From NCBI RefSeq assembly GCF_009914755.1, contig NC_060930.1: a DNA stretch of 64,000 nucleotides. The stretch is one strand, 5' to 3'. The stretch's first letter is position 1. Each line of letters opens with the position of its first letter. Both the position numbers and the translations under genes were made by a program. This DNA is from the human T2T-CHM13v2.0 reference genome, Homo sapiens. Positions 46,463-59,218 of this stretch are shown here, piece by piece. The notes under the pieces were generated by a model that ran no database searches, had not been told where the DNA came from, and was given only the letters and a program-made list of their open reading frames with translations.

Positions 46463-46799
46463 GTAGGAAGCAGAGGAGAGGCAATAGGACATGAGCAGGG
46501 AGAGAGCGGGGAAGATGAAGGTTGTCACCTTCTTTGCCAAGAAGGTGGCAAACCCCGCCCCCCGTAGTTTCTCACCCTAGTTCAAGATTAGGGCACCAAG
46601 AGAGCCCCGCCCTCTTGGCAAAGAAGTAGCCCAAGATCAGGGTAGGCAAGGATGGTACTAAAACAAGACAGAGAAGGCCAGACAGCATGTTACTGAGCAG
46701 CAGAGGGACCAGGCCTGCTTGGCAAAGGCTGCAGAGGTTTATTAAGGATTGGCAAAGTAGATGATGACAGTGAAAGGTGACAGTAACAAGAGTAATAAT

Positions 46800-47020
46800 A
46801 ATAGCTAAAAATGTTGGTCAGTTACTATGTGCTGGGCCCATGCTGAGCACTTTATGCGTATTATCACGTTTAATCTTTAAAGCAATTTTAGGAGTGGGCA
46901 GTATTATCCCCAGGTTTACAGATGAGATCATTAAAGAGGAAAATCTTTGGCCCAGTATAACACAACTACTAAATGGTGCCAGGATTCGAATCCAGACGGT
47001 CGGACTTCTCGGCCCTCCTA
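46800..47020. mobile_element. MIR
   Basis: attatccccaggtttacagatgag...gccaggattcgaatccag. Confidence 0.7.
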
Positions 47021-47297
47021 CTGAACCGCTACCTCATTCCCTCTTATCATCAAGTTTTGATCATACCTGTCACGTCCCAGGTACCGGGGCTACAGTGGTG
47101 AGTGAGAGGACGATGCAGGCCTTGCTAAGTGAACCACCACATCCTTCTTGAATCCAGGGCTCCCTCCTCCCTTGGTTAGCCAATATCGAATTACCCTACT
47201 GGTCCTACCTAGATTTTCAACCTCTCTCTTTGCTTGAATAGGTCAGACTATGTCTGAGTTTTGGCTTTCTGGCATTTATGTTCTTGCCTTCCTGTAG

Positions 47298-47443
47298 GAG
47301 AAGTTAAATCCACTCAAGACCGAAAAAGCGCCCTCCACCTGTTCCGCCTGGGGAATGCCATGCTGAGGATTGTGCGGAGCAAAGCACGGCCCCTGCTCCA
47401 CGTGATGCGCTGCTGGAGCCTTGTGGCCCCACACCTGGTGGAG
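47298..47443 (+). CDS. ARFGEF3: ARFGEF3 coding exon (~21), 146 nt
   Basis: cttcctgtag|GA GAA GTT; EVKSTQDRKS...APHLVE; donor GAG|GTGAGC. Confidence 0.95.
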
Positions 47444-48174
47444 GTGAGCACTGGGAAGGTGGGAAGAGGCTGGAACTGCTAAGTCAGTGACCAGCAGAGC
47501 CAGCATGGGGGCCTGCAGTCATGTATGGGGGCAAAGCACTGTGGCCATTGGGCAGTGGGAACTTGCCTATCACCTGGTCACAAACATCACTGTTTTCTGG
47601 TTATACCTCATGGCATCTAAAGAATCACCCCAAAGGGCAGTACTACCCTAGTCTCACTCTGACCCTCTTTCTTTGCAATTGTACAGCTCAGCTAGTTTTC
47701 ATTTTTATGATCTGGTATCAACCTGAGCCTGGAACAGAAAGACTGTGGATGGTTCCTAATAGCTTTATTTTTATACATAAATATAACAATGTCTTTGGTT
47801 CCTACCAGTCCCTGTTTTCTAATAGCTAAATATACTCAGGACAGTGTCCTTTCAGTCAGGGAACCCTATGTCTTGGTTTTCCCAACAAAATTAATACTAA
47901 GACCCTTTCACTCTCCAAAGGAAAGCAGTTCGTGTGATCAGTTTTATGGCAGCTCTACATCTAAGCATCTCAATACATGAGGACTGGCCACTTCCAAGTT
48001 GACAGGGAAAACTGTTGCCCTGCTTTGCAGTGATAACTATTCTTAATAGCCCTTTTGCTTTTATCTGGTAGAGATAAATCATAAAATATTTCTTGGAACT
48101 TAAATTACTAACCTGAGAACATTCTAGTAAGCAAAATGGGTAGAAAATAGCAATGTAGTCATGGGGAAAAAGTC

Positions 48175-48690
48175 TATCAGTTATCTTTTACTCTACAATA
48201 AGGCCTCCCCAACATCTAGTGGCTTAAAACAACAACCATTTATTTAGCTCATGATTCCATGAGTCAGAAATTTGAGGTAGGCTTCTCTGGGTAGTTCTGG
48301 TGTTGGCCAGGGGTGGCAGATCTCACTGGCTTTAATTGTGTATCTATGGTCAGCTGGTGCAAAGTCTGGGGCCAGATGGTTCATGATGACCTTAACTGGG
48401 AAGGCTAGACAAATAGGTCTCTCTTTTCATGGTCTCTCATGTAGACTAGACTCCAGCAGACCAGCCCCAGCTTGTTCACGTGGCATTCTTAGGGTTCCAA
48501 AGAGCAACAACAGGGCAAACCCCAAATCACAAGTACTTTTTAATTCTGTTCTTACATGATGTTTGCTTGTGTTCCACTGGCCAAAGCAACTCACACATCC
48601 AAGCCCAGGGCCAGTACAGGAAAGGATTACTCAAGAGCATGGATACCAGGAGGTCTGTAAACCAATTAGAGCTACTGTGGCAATTTGTCC
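48175..48690. mobile_element. MLT1 (G/H-like) MaLR LTR
   Basis: agtggcttaaaacaacaaccatttatttagctcatgattcc. Confidence 0.75.
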
Positions 48691-49093
48691 CTCACCTCAC
48701 TGAGGGACAAATGACTCATCTGATCTTCCTACATGTGGGGCACAGCTCAGATGAAACTGTGAGCCATTCCTAGACTGGGTTCTGGTGTCTTTACAGTGAG
48801 CATGTTCTGTACCATTCAAGAAAACTGTCATGTTACAGAAAAAGAAATTACCGGAAACTTTCCTTTTTCTAGAAACATTAACATGAAATTGAGGTTGTAC
48901 CTGATAAGCTGGTTGAATTGTTAAAAATGCAATTTAGTATGCAGTTTGTTTAGACTTATCCCTTAGAATGTTTTGATTTTAACAGAATTGCTGCTTCCAC
49001 CTCCTTGTAATGAGGTGGGGTAGGAAAGCCTTCAGAAACCATTCTCACTGTCTGCTGTCCTGATGGTGAGCCACTCTCTCGTGAATTTTGCAG

Positions 49094-49273
49094 GCTGCTT
49101 GCCATAAGGAAAGACATGTGTCTCAGAAGGCTGTTTCCTTCATCCATGACATACTGACAGAAGTCCTCACTGACTGGAATGAGCCACCTCATTTTCACTT
49201 CAATGAAGCACTCTTCCGACCTTTCGAGCGCATTATGCAGCTGGAATTGTGTGATGAGGACGTCCAAGACCAG
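49094..49273 (+). CDS. ARFGEF3: ARFGEF3 coding exon (~22), 180 nt, phase 0-0
   Basis: ttttgcag|GCT GCT TGC; AACHKERHVSQKAVSF...DVQDQ; donor CAG|GTCAGT. Confidence 0.96.
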
Positions 49274-49404
49274 GTCAGTGTGACATGGTCATCAGCGTCA
49301 TAGCTGGCTCTTACTGAGTGCAGTGGCAGGCACGGTTCTATGAGCTTCGCGCACTTACTCTTTCCAATAATCCTATGTGGAATCTGTAACGGAGAAGTTA
49401 AGCA

Positions 49405-49713
49405 GGGCTGGGCGTGGTGGCTCACACCTGTAATCCCAGCACTTTGGGAGGCCAAGGTGGGCGGATCACGAGGTCAGGAGTTCAAGGCCAGCCTGACCAA
49501 CATGGTGAAACCCCGTCTCTACTAAAAATACAAAAGTTAGCCAGGTGTGGTGTTGCACGCCTGTAACCCCAGCTACTCAGGAGGCTAAGGCAGGAGAATC
49601 GCTTGAACCAGGGAGGCAGAGGTTGCAGTGAGCCCAGATCAATCACGCCACTGCACTCCAGCCTGAGTGACAGAGCGAGACTCTGTAAAAAAAAAAAAAA
49701 AAAAAAAAAAAAA
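49405..49713 (+). mobile_element. AluS (Sg-like) inside a MIR
   Basis: TSD aagttaagca; long A tail. Confidence 0.92.
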
Positions 49714-50710
49714 CAGAAAAGTTAAGCAATTTGACTAGACACATAATCAGTGATTGGTGGAGCTGGGATTTGAAACTAGGCAATTAAAAAAAAAACAGAA
49801 AAGTTTAGCAATTTGACTAAGGATACATAATCAGTGATTGGTGGAGCTGGGCTTTGAACCTAGGCAATCTGCTGGCCTATCTCTTTATACCTGGCCTATA
49901 TTCCTAACTGCTGCCATACTGTCTACTGAAGGCAAGGTAAAGAAACTAACTGGAGACTTCGTATTTCACACGATGGTGGGCTAGAAATACAGGATCTCTC
50001 TCTCTGAAGTCCACCAAAAACGTTGAATAGAGGTTTAAACATTTCTTTTAAATACCTTGACACACTGGCAAGAAAGTAAGGAAGCCCCAAAACTGAGTGC
50101 CAATGGGAAGCCAGAGAAGTAAGCGGAGCCCTTAGGCTGGTTTTCCCGCGAGGGAATTTGCTAGCAAGTGGAGCAGAAGTTCTGGTCATCCCAGACGTGA
50201 GTGCACAGAAACAGAAAACAAATCTCAACGCAAACTTTACAAAGCTGGTGTTCAATCAGGCCAAGGTTGAATTAAAACAAACTTCCTGAGGATACTATCA
50301 GCTTGTTTCTAACATTGGCTCTTAATGGAAAGTTTTTTAAAAAGAGCACTCCAGGATTTATTATTACAACCTAGCCCTTTTATGTGATCTGTATATGAAA
50401 TTACACCACCTCAGGATCTGAGAAAATACACAGGCACCATACAGAAGCAACAAAACTCCCCCGAGAGAAACTCATGTCAACTCAGGCTACAAAAGAATCC
50501 CACAAATAAAGTTTCAAGGTACGTGAGCTCTCAGTATTTTTAAAAAAGTCACAAAACACACAAGAAAACAAGGCAACGGAGAGAACTGATAAAACAACAG
50601 ATAGTACAACTAGAACTATAAAGAATTGGATTGAAATATTGGTATCTTCCATGCAAAATATTAAATCACAAAGCCTAGTAAGTTTAAGGAAATAAAGGAT
50701 TGAAATTATA

Positions 50711-50870
50711 AGTTAACACCTAAAGACTAGATTGTTAACACTTAAGATAAGTTAACACCTAGGTAACACCTATAGTTATCTCCTAGATAGTTAACACCTA
50801 GAAGTTAACACCTAAACGTTAGATCATTAACATCTAAGATAAGTTAACCTAGATAGGTTAACACCTAAGA
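50711..50870 (+). repeat. Degenerate minisatellite, unit ~AGTTAACACCTAGAT
   Basis: About 9 related units seen directly. Confidence 0.9.
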
Positions 50871-51103
50871 CTTTATACCAATAAGAGTGAACTAGGTAAT
50901 TCAGATCAACTTTCTCACAGGGAACAACTAAAAAAAGTTGGATAAAAAAAATTTTAATCACTCGAAGACACTGACATACTATAGGGCAGTGAAGAACTAC
51001 AAGGCCAAGATCTGGGAGAAAAAGAATACCCAGAGTAGTCTTCCTGGTATTTGAGGCTGTTTTTCCTAAAAATAGAATCTACTAATTTAAAAAAAGGAAG
51101 ATA

Positions 51104-51176
51104 TTGGGTTGGTGTAAAAGTAATTGTGATTTTTGCCATCACAGCAAACACCGCAATTACTTTTGCACCAACATAA
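51104..51176. mobile_element. MADE1 (Hsmar1-derived MITE)
   Basis: ttgggttggtgtaaaagtaattg...caattacttttgcaccaacataa terminal inverted repeats, flanked by TA. Confidence 0.92.
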
Positions 51177-54146
51177 TAAAAGACGGGGAAGCTCAGCAAA
51201 ATTGCAGTCTGGGACCTCCCAAGTCTGGTAACTTCCTCGCATCTTGAGTCAGGATCTTGAGGCAAAAGGGACATCTTAGAAAGAAAGGTGAACCTTAAAT
51301 AGATTAGTCATAAGAGAAAATAAACCCAACTTCAAATAATCCCAATCCCTGACATGAGATTAAGGTAATCTGAGATTTCTAGTGCCTTTCTGACAGAAGA
51401 TTACATCATTCTATTAATAATCTTCAAATTATTTCTTGATTTGCAGGTGCAACGTTTGCATTCAATAAAAAATAACCAGGCTCATTAGGAAATAACATGT
51501 CATTGAAAACAAAAGTTTAAAAAACAAACAATAAACACACACAGGAACCCAGATATCAGAGTTATCAGAGACAGATTTTAAAATAACAGTGCTTAAATGT
51601 GTTTAGGAAGCTTAAGGACAGAAGCAGCTTTGGCTATGGTAACATGAAGAAGTTAGGTTAACCTTCCCCGCAAAAATCAAGCATAAAACAGGACAGGACA
51701 AAATTGTCCAAAGCAACCATCTGAGGGGTCTGGAAATTGACCAAAAGCAGACAACAAATTGAGTAGCATTTATTCTTAAAAACAGTGTTTGCTAGAACTT
51801 TGGTTAAGAATAGTGGGAGTCTGACTTCCTTGACAAAGACTGAAGCCATCACCTTTACTCCCAAGCTCTATTGGCAAGAATAGTAGTTTGACCAGCGTGA
51901 GGCTGACTGAGACAATCATCAGCTTTTCTACCATCAGGGACAGACTTGGTATGGAGAAGAGTGGGGAGAAGACCATTGGCTTGTCAATTACAAGTGATGA
52001 ATTCATGGAGAAATGAACAGGGGAATCCTCAATCTTGCTTGCCTAAAGTTTGTAGTGAGTAGTGTACTAGCAAGAAATCTAACATAAGATCCTGGATATC
52101 AGAGATTCATAGAGGGACCAGATAGTCTGTTCACACATCCCTGGATGACTGAAACATGGGCATGTACAGGGGAGATTGTAAAGATCTCATCAGAAAATAA
52201 AAGGGAGATAAAAACTGGCTGAACTTTGAATATTCTGGCCAACCTTCTCACACAGATTGATTGCCAGAGGGTAGGAACCTTAAAGACTCAAGGTGTTTGA
52301 GCATAGTTTCCACCCACATGATCAGCTGACTACTAAGCTATGCAGACATGAGGATGAACACTAGGGAGTCAGGCTAAAAAATAAAAATGAAGAACAAAAA
52401 CTGAGCAGACACATGAGCGCCATGGGAAGAGACAGATTCCATAGACTTAGTCTGTGGAATTCCAAGCACCTTAGTCTGGGGGGAAAAAAACCCTCAAAAA
52501 TAAATTAGAATCCAGCACTGCTACAATATATTATCTAAAATGTCTAATTCTCAAAAATATGAGTGATGCAAAGAAACAGGAAACAGTGAAACACAGAGGA
52601 AAAAACAGTGACTAGAAACTGACTTAAGAGTAAGCCCAGATGTATTTGGGAGCCAGAGCCTTCAAAGTAGCTATTAAATATGTTCGAAAAAATTAAGGGA
52701 AAATATGACAATGACTCAAAAATAAGGACTCTAAATATAGAAATGGGAGCTATAAAAATGTAAATTTTAGAGTTGAGAAGGGCAATAACTGAAATGAAAA
52801 ATTAGCTATACGGGCTTACCAGAAAGAGATGGCAGAAGAAAGATCAGTGAACATGGAAATAGATTAATAGAGATTATCTATTCTGAAGATCAGACAAAAC
52901 TAAGTTTGACCAAAAATAAACAAAGCCTCAGAGATTTGTAGAACAATGTCAAGCATACCAACATACCTGTAATGGGAGTCCCAGGTAGAAAAGAGAAAGA
53001 CAAACAGATGGGAAAATATATTTAAAGAAATAGTGGAACCCCAATTAAGATCAACACAAAGATATCTACAATAGACACGTTATAGTCAAAATGCTCGATG
53101 ACAATGACAAAACCTTAAAAGCTGCAAGAGAAAGACTACATTACTACAGAGGAACTAATGCTAGGATTAATGCTAGGATTAACTAATGCTGACTTCTTCA
53201 GAAAGAATGAAGGCTAGAAGACAATGTAATGACATATTTAAAGTGCTGGAAGAAAAACTGTCAATGGATAATCCTAGAGAAATTACTCTTCAAAAATGAA
53301 GATGACATAAAAACATTCTCAGATAAACACAAATTTGGAGAATATCTTGCCAGTAGACCTGTTCTACAAGAAATACTAAATTCCTTTAAGCTGAAAGAAA
53401 TAACACAGACTGGTAAATCTATTGCATAAGAAGAAATGGTACATAAGTGGGAAAATATAAAACAGTGTGTGCATTTTTCCCTTTCTCCTAATTTATTTCA
53501 AAAACCTAACGTTTAAAGCAATAACTCTAACACTGTATTGCTGGATTTATTAAACATGAAGATGTAATATAAATAACATTAGCAGAAAGGAGGGATGGGA
53601 AATGGAGCTATATAGAAGCAAAGTTGCTGTATTTTGCCAGAATTAGCTCAGTATTAACTTGAGGTACAAATGTGATCAATTGAAGATTCATGTTATAATC
53701 CCTAGGGCAGCAACCAAGAGAATAACACAAAAAGATTAAAAAATAAACATGAATGAAAGTGATCACAAAAAAAAATGTGTTTAACATAAAAGAAGGTAGT
53801 AAAAGAGGAACAGAGGAACAAAAAGGATGTGATATGTAAATATGCAGAAAACATATAGCAAATGCCAGATGTAAATAGAACCATGTCAATAATGGCATTA
53901 AATATGCACTAATGAAAGGATGGTCAGCATCATTAGTCATTAGGAATATGTAAATCAAAACCACGTGAGATACTATTTCACATCTACTAGGATAAAAAAG
54001 ATAGATAATAGCGGCCAGGCACAGTGGCTCACTCCTGTAATCCCAGCACTTTGGGAGGCCAAGGCAGGCAGATCACGAGGTCAAGAGATGGAGACCATCC
54101 TGGCTAACATGGTGAAACCCTGTCTCTACTAAAATTACAAAAATTA

Positions 54147-54533
<387 letters not shown>

Positions 54534-54924
54534 TCATAGTAACATTATTCATAATAGCCAGAAAGTTAGAAACAACTCAGATTCCAACAGCTAATGAATA
54601 TATACATTAAATTAGGTTATGTCCACAGAATGAAATATTATTCTGCAATAAAAATGAAGTACTGATATATGTACGACATGGATGAATCTTGAAAACATTA
54701 CATTAAATGAGAAAAGCCAGTCACCAAAGACCATATGTTATATGACTACATTTATATGAAATGTCAGAATAGGAAAATCTATAGTGACAAAAAGTACATT
54801 AGTGGTTGCCTCAGGCTGAGGGTGGGGTGGTGGAGTAGGCAATGACTACAAATGGGTACTGCGTTTTTTGAGGGGGTAAGTAAAATTATTTTTAAATTAG
54901 ATTGTGGTGATGTTTGCACATTAA

Positions 54925-55569
54925 AGGCCTATTAACCTCATAAACTTGTCATTAGTCTTTGAAGAAAAAATATGTAAAAGAAAAATGTATGTATACATAA
55001 TGTAAGAATTTGTCTCTAAAGCAGCGCTTAAAATTCTTTGGAAAAGTTTGACAAGGTATATCACGTGAATTCAGATTCATCTTAAAGAATTATGCTTAGA
55101 CAGGAAAAAGGAAACTTATTTTGGTCTCAAGTAGAAAAATATATTGCTTTGAGTTTTATGTAGGTTTAGACTTTTAAAATGTTAGAATTGATTCTTACTA
55201 TAAGTGATTTGTGAAATTACACCTTTGGTTTGATCACCGGTGATTACAGTGTTATTCTCATACCTTTGTGTATTGAACTATTTCCAGAACCAAGCTTATG
55301 TAGATCCTGAACAGTAATATGAGAATGTGATTAGTATTTGTCACCTTTATTTTAAAACTAGCATCTGAACACTTCAAAGCTGTCAATGTGGATTGGTTAG
55401 ACCAATAATCTCTGCTTGATCCTTACAATTAAATTTTGCAGCTAATAGTATTGTTCTTTCAAACAGGTGACATGTTTTCCATGACTGTTATGGCGGGGGC
55501 AATAATTAAATCAGTTCTTGTTTAACAAATTGAATAAAGCAAAGTTTCATAAATTAAAAAAAAAAAAAA
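54925..55569 (+). pseudogene. Probable processed retrocopy of an mRNA 3'UTR (parent not identified)
   Basis: Non-L1 AU-rich sequence, AATAAA at 55533-55538, A14 at 55556-55569, embedded between L1 segments. Confidence 0.55.
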
Positions 55570-57732
55570 CCTTCCCACAATAACCCAAGCCCTGTTGGTT
55601 TCACTGGTGGATCTATAAACTAAGGATGAAATAATATCAACCCTACTCAAGCTCTACCAGAAAATAAAGCAGGAAGGAACACCTCCAAACCCATTTTATG
55701 GGGCCTGCGTTTCTGTGATACCAAAGTCTCAAGAAGGAAAACTATAGACCAATATTCTTTATGAAATTAGACAAAAAAAAAAAATCCTTTAAAAATTATT
55801 GGCCAGGCACAGTGGCTTACACCTGTAATCCCAGAATTTTGGGAGGCCACAGCAGAAGGTTTGCTTGAGTCTAGGAGTTCGAGACCATGCCAGGCAACAC
55901 AGTGAGACCCCCATCTCTACAAAAAAAAAGTATATATATACATATAGCTGGGTGTGGTGATGCATGCCTGTAGTCCCAGCTGCTTAGGAGGCTGAGGTGG
56001 GAAGATTCCTTGAACCCAGTAAGTTGAGACTGCAGTGAGCCGTGATCACATGCCACTACATTCCAGCCTGGACAACAGAGTGAGACCCTGTCTCAAAAAA
56101 AAAAAAAAAAAAGCCAAATAAACCCAGTAACATATAAAGAAGATTAAACATTGTGGCATATGGAATTTATCCCAGCAATGTAAGAGTGGTTTAACAGCTC
56201 AAAATCAATTAACAATTAGTAGACTAAAAGATTAAAACCACGCAATCATCTTAATAGATATAGACAAAACATTTAACAAAATTCATCACCCATTTTTGAC
56301 AAAACCTTTTAAGAAAAGAGGAATTAGAGGGATTTCCTCCATGAGATAAGGGGCATCTTTGAGAATCCTACATCTAACATCACACTTAATGATGAAAGAC
56401 AGTGTTTTTCTCTTGTAATCAGTAATAAGATGAGGATTTCTGTCTTCTCTATTTCTGCTCAACATTAACTTTTGCTCATTGTATAAAGAAATTAAAGACA
56501 TCAAGGTTTGAAACGAAAAGTAAAGCTGTTTTAGTTCACAGACAACATAGGGTTGTATATAGAACATTATATGGGATTTGCAAAAAAATTCTAGTCGAGC
56601 AAGGTCACTGCATTCAAGATCAACATACTAAAATCAACTGAATTTATATATATGAGAAATAAATTATCCAAAGATAAATAAGAACAATTCCATTCATAAC
56701 ATCAAATATGATAAAATATTTATGAGTAAATTTAGCAAAAGAAGCTCAAGACCTGTACACAAAAGCTACAAAACATTGCTGAGAGAAATTAAAGAAGATT
56801 CAAATAAATATGAGATATGCCATATTCATGGATTGAAAGACTCAATATTTTTAAAATAGCAAATCTCCCCAAATTGATGTATAGATTCAGCGCAATTCCA
56901 ATTAAAATCCAAGCAGACCTTTTTGAAGAGATCATCAAAGTGATTCTCAAATTTATATGAAACTGCAAAGAACAGAATAGAGAAAACAAACTTGAAAAAG
57001 AAGGACAAATTTTGAAAATTTACACTACCTGATTTCAAAATTCCAGTAATAAACACAGTGTGGTATTGGTTTGAAGGCAGACCTATAGTTCAGTGGAACT
57101 GAAGAATATAGAAATAAATTATCCTGTTTATAATCAATTGATTTTTGATGAAGATACCATTGCAATTCAATCATGGGAGGGGATATTTTCAGCAAATTGT
57201 GCTTGAATGTATATGATAAAAATAAACTTACACCTTTACCTCTCACCATGCTAAAAAAAAATTCAAAATGGGTCATGATGTGATCCATTAAAAGAAAAAT
57301 GGATGAAATGGACTTCACCAAAATTAAGAACTTTTAATCTTGAAAAGACACCATTAAAAAGTAAAACTTTTAAAAAGTCCAAAGCTGTGGAAAAATATTT
57401 GCAAATTATATCTTGGGAATATATAAGGAACTCTAAAAAAAAAAAAAAAAAGAAAATAACAAGAAGACATGAACCCAATTTTTAAAAACAACAAAATATT
57501 TGGCTAATAAGATGTGAAAAGTTGCTTTGCAGCATTAGTCATTAGTGAAATGCAAATTAATACAATACGGCTGATTATTCAGAAGATTTTTGAGTGAGTT
57601 TGTCTATTCTGGTTTTTCCTTTTCACTAAAATTAACTCCAAAATAGGGGACAGAGAAATACATCACCCTTCCCAGAAATTCTGCTCCTTTTAAGGAGAGG
57701 GCTTTAAGTGCCACTTGCTTTGCCTCTACCAG

Positions 57733-57877
57733 GTTGTCACATCCATTGGTGAGCTGGTTGAAGTGTGTTCCACGCAGATCCAGTCGGGATGGAGACCCTT
57801 GTTCAGTGCCCTGGAAACAGTGCATGGCGGGAACAAGTCAGAGATGAAGGAGTACCTGGTTGGTGACTACTCCATGG
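57733..57877 (+). CDS. ARFGEF3: ARFGEF3 coding exon (~23), 145 nt
   Basis: ctctaccag|GTT GTC; VVTSIGELVE...IQSGWRPLF...GDYSM (the SGW motif is typical of BIG/GBF/MON2 HDS regions); donor ATG G|GTAAGA. Confidence 0.96.
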
Positions 57878-58284
57878 GTAAGAATGTTTGGATGATTCTT
57901 GCTATTCAGCATTAATTCTCTGTGCCAAGTTTCATGCTATTAAAAAAAAAAAATTGAACAATAGGGAAGACAGATTGTCAGCCATGTTTTATCAGCAGGA
58001 AAGAATGTGGTGTAGCAGGAACATGAGTCCTGAGTTCTGCCAGCAGGCTGAGAGCCCTGAGCATTGTCAGGCCCTGTTCTTGCTGACAATTGGACAATAA
58101 GGCTGAGAGACTTCTGTTGTTTCACTTACACATTGCTGTGTTGAGTTCACGTCTAAAGCCAAAAAGAAAAATGTTATCCATTTGCTAGTAAGAAGCAGAA
58201 AAGTATCATAACACAGAGTAACCAGAATTAGGGAGATTCGGTCTGCTGGAAATGGATGGGTACCCATAAAGCATGCCCAGGGCC

Positions 58285-58835
58285 CAGGGGTGTTGTCTCA
58301 GAGGTTCCCAAGACCACCCCTAAACTCAGAAACCCACCAGAAAGACTCATGGGACCCAGCATATAGTTATGTTGAGATTTATTACACAGCTCGTGACTAA
58401 GTTTTAGCAACGTAGGAAGGACACAACAGGTTATGACACAGACAGAGTCTGGAAGAATCTATGCACCAGCTTCCCTGTGCTCTCGCCCTCCCAGGAGGGA
58501 TCACACAGAAGACATTCTTCCCCCAGCAGTGAAAACACAGCAACATGTTTGCAATGTTTCTGCCTGTTGAAGCCCATTAGAGATCTAGCTGGGGACTGGC
58601 CACTTACATACCCTTTGCCTAGCACATTACCAAAATCCCAGACTCCCAACAGGAAAGCAGGTGTTCACCATAAACCGTATGGTTTGTATGAACAGTCTAG
58701 GCACGGTGAACTACTCTTATCAGTTAACTGTGGCCTGGGAGTACTCTGAGAGCTGAGTTCCCAGACACCCGCCAAAGGCCAATTTTGCAAGCAAGCTTTC
58801 TAAAAGAAAAGTGGTCTCAGGCCTTCTGTGCTCTT
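58285..58835. mobile_element. MER21-type LTR
   Basis: gaggttcccaagaccacccc...ccaaaatcccagactcccaacaggaaagcaggtgttcaccataaacc. Confidence 0.75.
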
Positions 58836-59218
58836 TTTCTGCATAGATATAAAGAAACTCATATATGCCACCAAAGGTCTATCTAAACCTGCCCTGCTGT
58901 GCCCTGTAGATAATCTACAAATACCTGTGCAGGAGCATTCCAGAGGCCACATGGTTCCCTGCTCTATAGACCAGCACATTGCCTCAGCTCTGCACTCGGC
59001 CAGCTCAGCCCTCATCTCTCTGCCGAGCTGCTCCCCTGCCGGCAGAGCTGAGCACCATGCTGGAGCCAAGCCAATGGCCCAATAAAAAACCCAGGCATCT
59101 CCCCAGTAGATCTTTCTCAAGATCTGTCTCAGTGGAACGTGCTGGGTATATGGGCAACCCTGGCAAACCCGAGGGCAGAAACTTACTTTCTTACAATTCT
59201 ATAATCTTCCTCCCTTAG

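Noticed and set aside
48986-49071. Strong donor-like ATG|GTGAGC 28 nt upstream of the exon ~22 acceptor
   Set aside because: The intron would be too short to splice and the putative 80-nt exon would shift frame; likely a chance decoy
50711-50870. CRISPR-like repeat array
   Set aside because: Eukaryotic intron, degenerate units, no unique regular spacers and no cas genes
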